Source: Ophelia neglecta (Eukaryota). Taken from it: a stretch of 64,000 nt of DNA. The notes beneath the pieces are model-generated. The model saw nothing but the letters and a program-made list of their open reading frames with translations. It was not told the DNA's origin and made no database searches. The position numbers and the translations under genes were made by a program. This document shows, piece after piece, positions 61,231 through 64,000 of the stretch. The stretch is from assembly GCA_965285935.1 (NCBI GenBank), contig OZ260663.1:35216001-35280000 (forward strand). Direction: 5' to 3'. The first letter of the stretch is position 1. Every line of letters starts with the position of its first letter.

Positions 61231-64000
61231 ACCACGTTTACCCCAAGTCTAAACTCAAATAAAACATGTTGCCTTTTAATTTATTGAGTGGACTATGGCT
61301 TTTGATACCCGTTATCATGAAATTCTTCTGTTTAAGCTTATGGTATCCGTGGAACACTTTGTATGTGGGTTTAATGGCTGTGGTGAACATAAGTTTCTGC
61401 AGGTGGGGTAGGTGGTTGAGGGATGGTGTGACATTTTTTTATAATGGACACATCCATTTGACCATCTGCACAGTGGGGAGTTACTGTCACTGAGTTGAGT
61501 GTGGAAACTACCATAACAAAAAATACAAATCTCCCATCAGTTCGACGGGTGAAGAAATATGTCCAACAATGTCCAATAATCGCAAATTATAACTGAAAAC
61601 ATTCACATTTTTCCCACTTACCAATGAGTACAATTGAGATGGAATGGATCTAAGAATAAGTCATACAATATAGGCGATACAATATAGGCAAGAAGTCCGA
61701 ACATGTTTTTCTGGTTCCATTACTCTAAGTGTGTTAATTTTGAGCATATTTGTTCCTGGTATCGCTATATTGGGTTGAATATACACTGCAATATGCACTA
61801 TTGTTAAGTTTTTCACAATTGTGGAATCATTATGGCATTCAAAGTGTGTCTACATTGCAACATTGTATTTTGCAGCAAAAGTATCTAAATCTTGTTACTT
61901 CCGGTTAATGAATGATTTGTTATTCTGAATTCTTAATGTCTTTATAGTAATTGTTTGATATAGTAAAGGCTTTAATAAACACTTCGTACTTTTACCGATT
62001 TATATTAATGTTCTTTTTATTAATACATAATGATATCTATAAAAGCACATTAATGCCGTTGAAAGGGGTTTGAGGTAATGTTGTAAGCTGTGAGTAAGAA
62101 GGCATTTTGGAATCATTACCGATCGAGAGTTCCTTGAAAAGGTATAAGCAGTTTAGGGACAAAAAAGTCTCTATGCAATTTGACTACATTGCTTTTGAAA
62201 AAATCTATCTCAAGAACTAAGTACGTATTTTTGCTAATATACAAACCAGATGGGTCCAACATCAAATAGAAAACAAGGGTAGCTCTAATCAGGCAATGTG
62301 TTGGTGTCTCGTTGGGTGGGGTGAATATTTTCAAGCTAGATACCACTGTGGAACGGTTCCATGACTACATCTTCCACTTAGAACGCAATTTAAAGCATAT
62401 CCCGCATCCTGTATTCCAGTACATCCCAGTATTCGGCATGTTAACTCAGTTTAAGGCCCCAAAGAATACCTAAATATGTGGAAGTACGAAGTATAACTGT
62501 GCATTATTTGTACTCCATACTCCACCCTTGTTGGTTAACTTAATGTAACATTTGTTTAAAATCTGAATTAAAGTAATTAACATAACGCTGTGGATATAAT
62601 GAAGACAACCCTGCTCTGTTTTAATTTAATAACATAGCATGAAATGCTATATCGATCAATAGTAGAATAGTTCGCTTTCCGAAATAAATTTTACTGTACA
62701 CCAATAATATACGCACTAGAAGTAGTCCTGAGCATTGTCTTATTCTAAAAGATGTGAAAGTCCGAGGACAGTTGAATAAATAATATTAGTTCATTTCCTA
62801 TTAGCAGCCAAAATATTAACCAGAATCATCCTAAGGCTAAGGTTGTGACCCGAATTCGGCAATGGTGCCATCTGGTTGACGCATCAGGCCTGTTCACCAT
62901 TAGCATATGAATGCCTAATAAGACTTTCATTGTTCTTATAGCATTGCTCCCTCTCAGGGAATGCCACCCTTTTTCCCAATCGATAGGCGATGTTGAAATG
63001 AAGTTTATTAATTAGCTAAAATTGTGAAAATCACCATAGACCGGAATAAATATAAAAGCCATCTACTTTTCAGGAAATTATGAGGAAATGGGTTGCTCAA
63101 AATTTTGAAATCAAATATTTATCATTCATGAAACATACAAAAAGAAAGAAAATTGGAACATGTTTTATTCATTTCTTCGTCGTATAATAGCAGGAGGCAG
63201 GCGATTAGACTACTGCAAAGAAATAGGTTGTGTAAATACACCGATAGTTGAAGAATAAAAAATGTGTTAACGTGTTAGGGAAGGGTCGGGAAAACAAGGC
63301 ACCATGCTAACCTAGAATGTCGTTCTAATACAATAACGCTCGGAAAATAACTAAATTATTTGACAAATTGCTTCTTTGTACAGCTTTTAGCCATACCATT
63401 CATTAGTTATTGAATTAGGTCGGCATTATTTCACTTAAAACGTGACGATGCCGTTTCAAGGTCTAGTGAGTTATACTGGCTCTCCATTACCTCCGGGGCC
63501 TTACAGACACTATAAAAAATGATAATTATAATATGGTTGCATGTTAAGGAAGAATATGCGATATGCGAAAGGAACAAAAATTGAACACAAAGAGAGGCCT
63601 CGAAAAAGCCACGATGAAAGTCTTATGGTGGGAAGGGATGAACAAGTACCCCTCAGGACGTTCTCGCTGTAAATACAGTATGGCCGAGTCGATGTATATG
63701 AGGATACATGTTCCACATTTCATGTGTGGCTTTGAATTGGGCATCCAATTGCCAACTTATTCGTTGGGATTCATAACTTATCAAAATGGAGTATTTCAAA
63801 CGAAAAGACTGCCAGATTACGTTCCCCAAGAAAATTGCTCAGACTATGCCAATATTTCAATCACTGGACTACAATTAGTATCCTGCAATTATTACAGTGG
63901 TCGTTCCACAAGAACCTTAAATGCCACGTTCGTACATACATAAAACTATTCGTTGTTTCTGCATGCAATTCAGATTTAAATTTGGTGGTTTAGCTATATT

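Noticed and set aside
1-64000. CRISPR arrays, operons, prokaryotic defence systems, rRNA
   Set aside because: The sequence is spliceosomal-intron-containing animal DNA; I found no regularly spaced repeats, operon-like ORF clusters or rRNA motifs.

Overview
Eukaryotic (metazoan, AT-rich, intron-containing) genomic DNA, probably from an invertebrate; the species cannot be determined from the sequence. The left half (2502-33584, minus strand) holds an apparently complete SVEP1/polydom-family gene. I reconstructed it by hand as 37 coding exons with GT-AG introns and consistent phases, 13,818 nt or about 4,605 aa. Domain order: signal peptide, vWA, EGF-like/Cys-rich, 3 CCP, 2 HYR, CCP, linker with furin-type motifs, 3 ephrin-receptor-like repeats, 6 EGF, pentraxin, 48 CCP, 3 EGF. 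It has about 52 CCP (sushi) modules, against 34 in mammalian SVEP1, and 43 of them sit in two giant exons (5,128 and 2,606 nt). One CCP loop carries an RGD motif. Upstream on the same strand is a 4-coding-exon gamma-glutamylcyclotransferase (GGCT) homolog (38423-40804, 174 aa), only partly visible in the ORF track. It keeps the catalytic Glu but has Ala and Ser at the positions of human Gly23 and Tyr105. The region from about 41.5 to 64 kb has no intact gene I can recognise: it contains decayed LINE fragments, a possible Gypsy remnant and scattered exon-like fragments. I saw no prokaryotic-type systems, CRISPR arrays, rRNA or intact tRNA genes.
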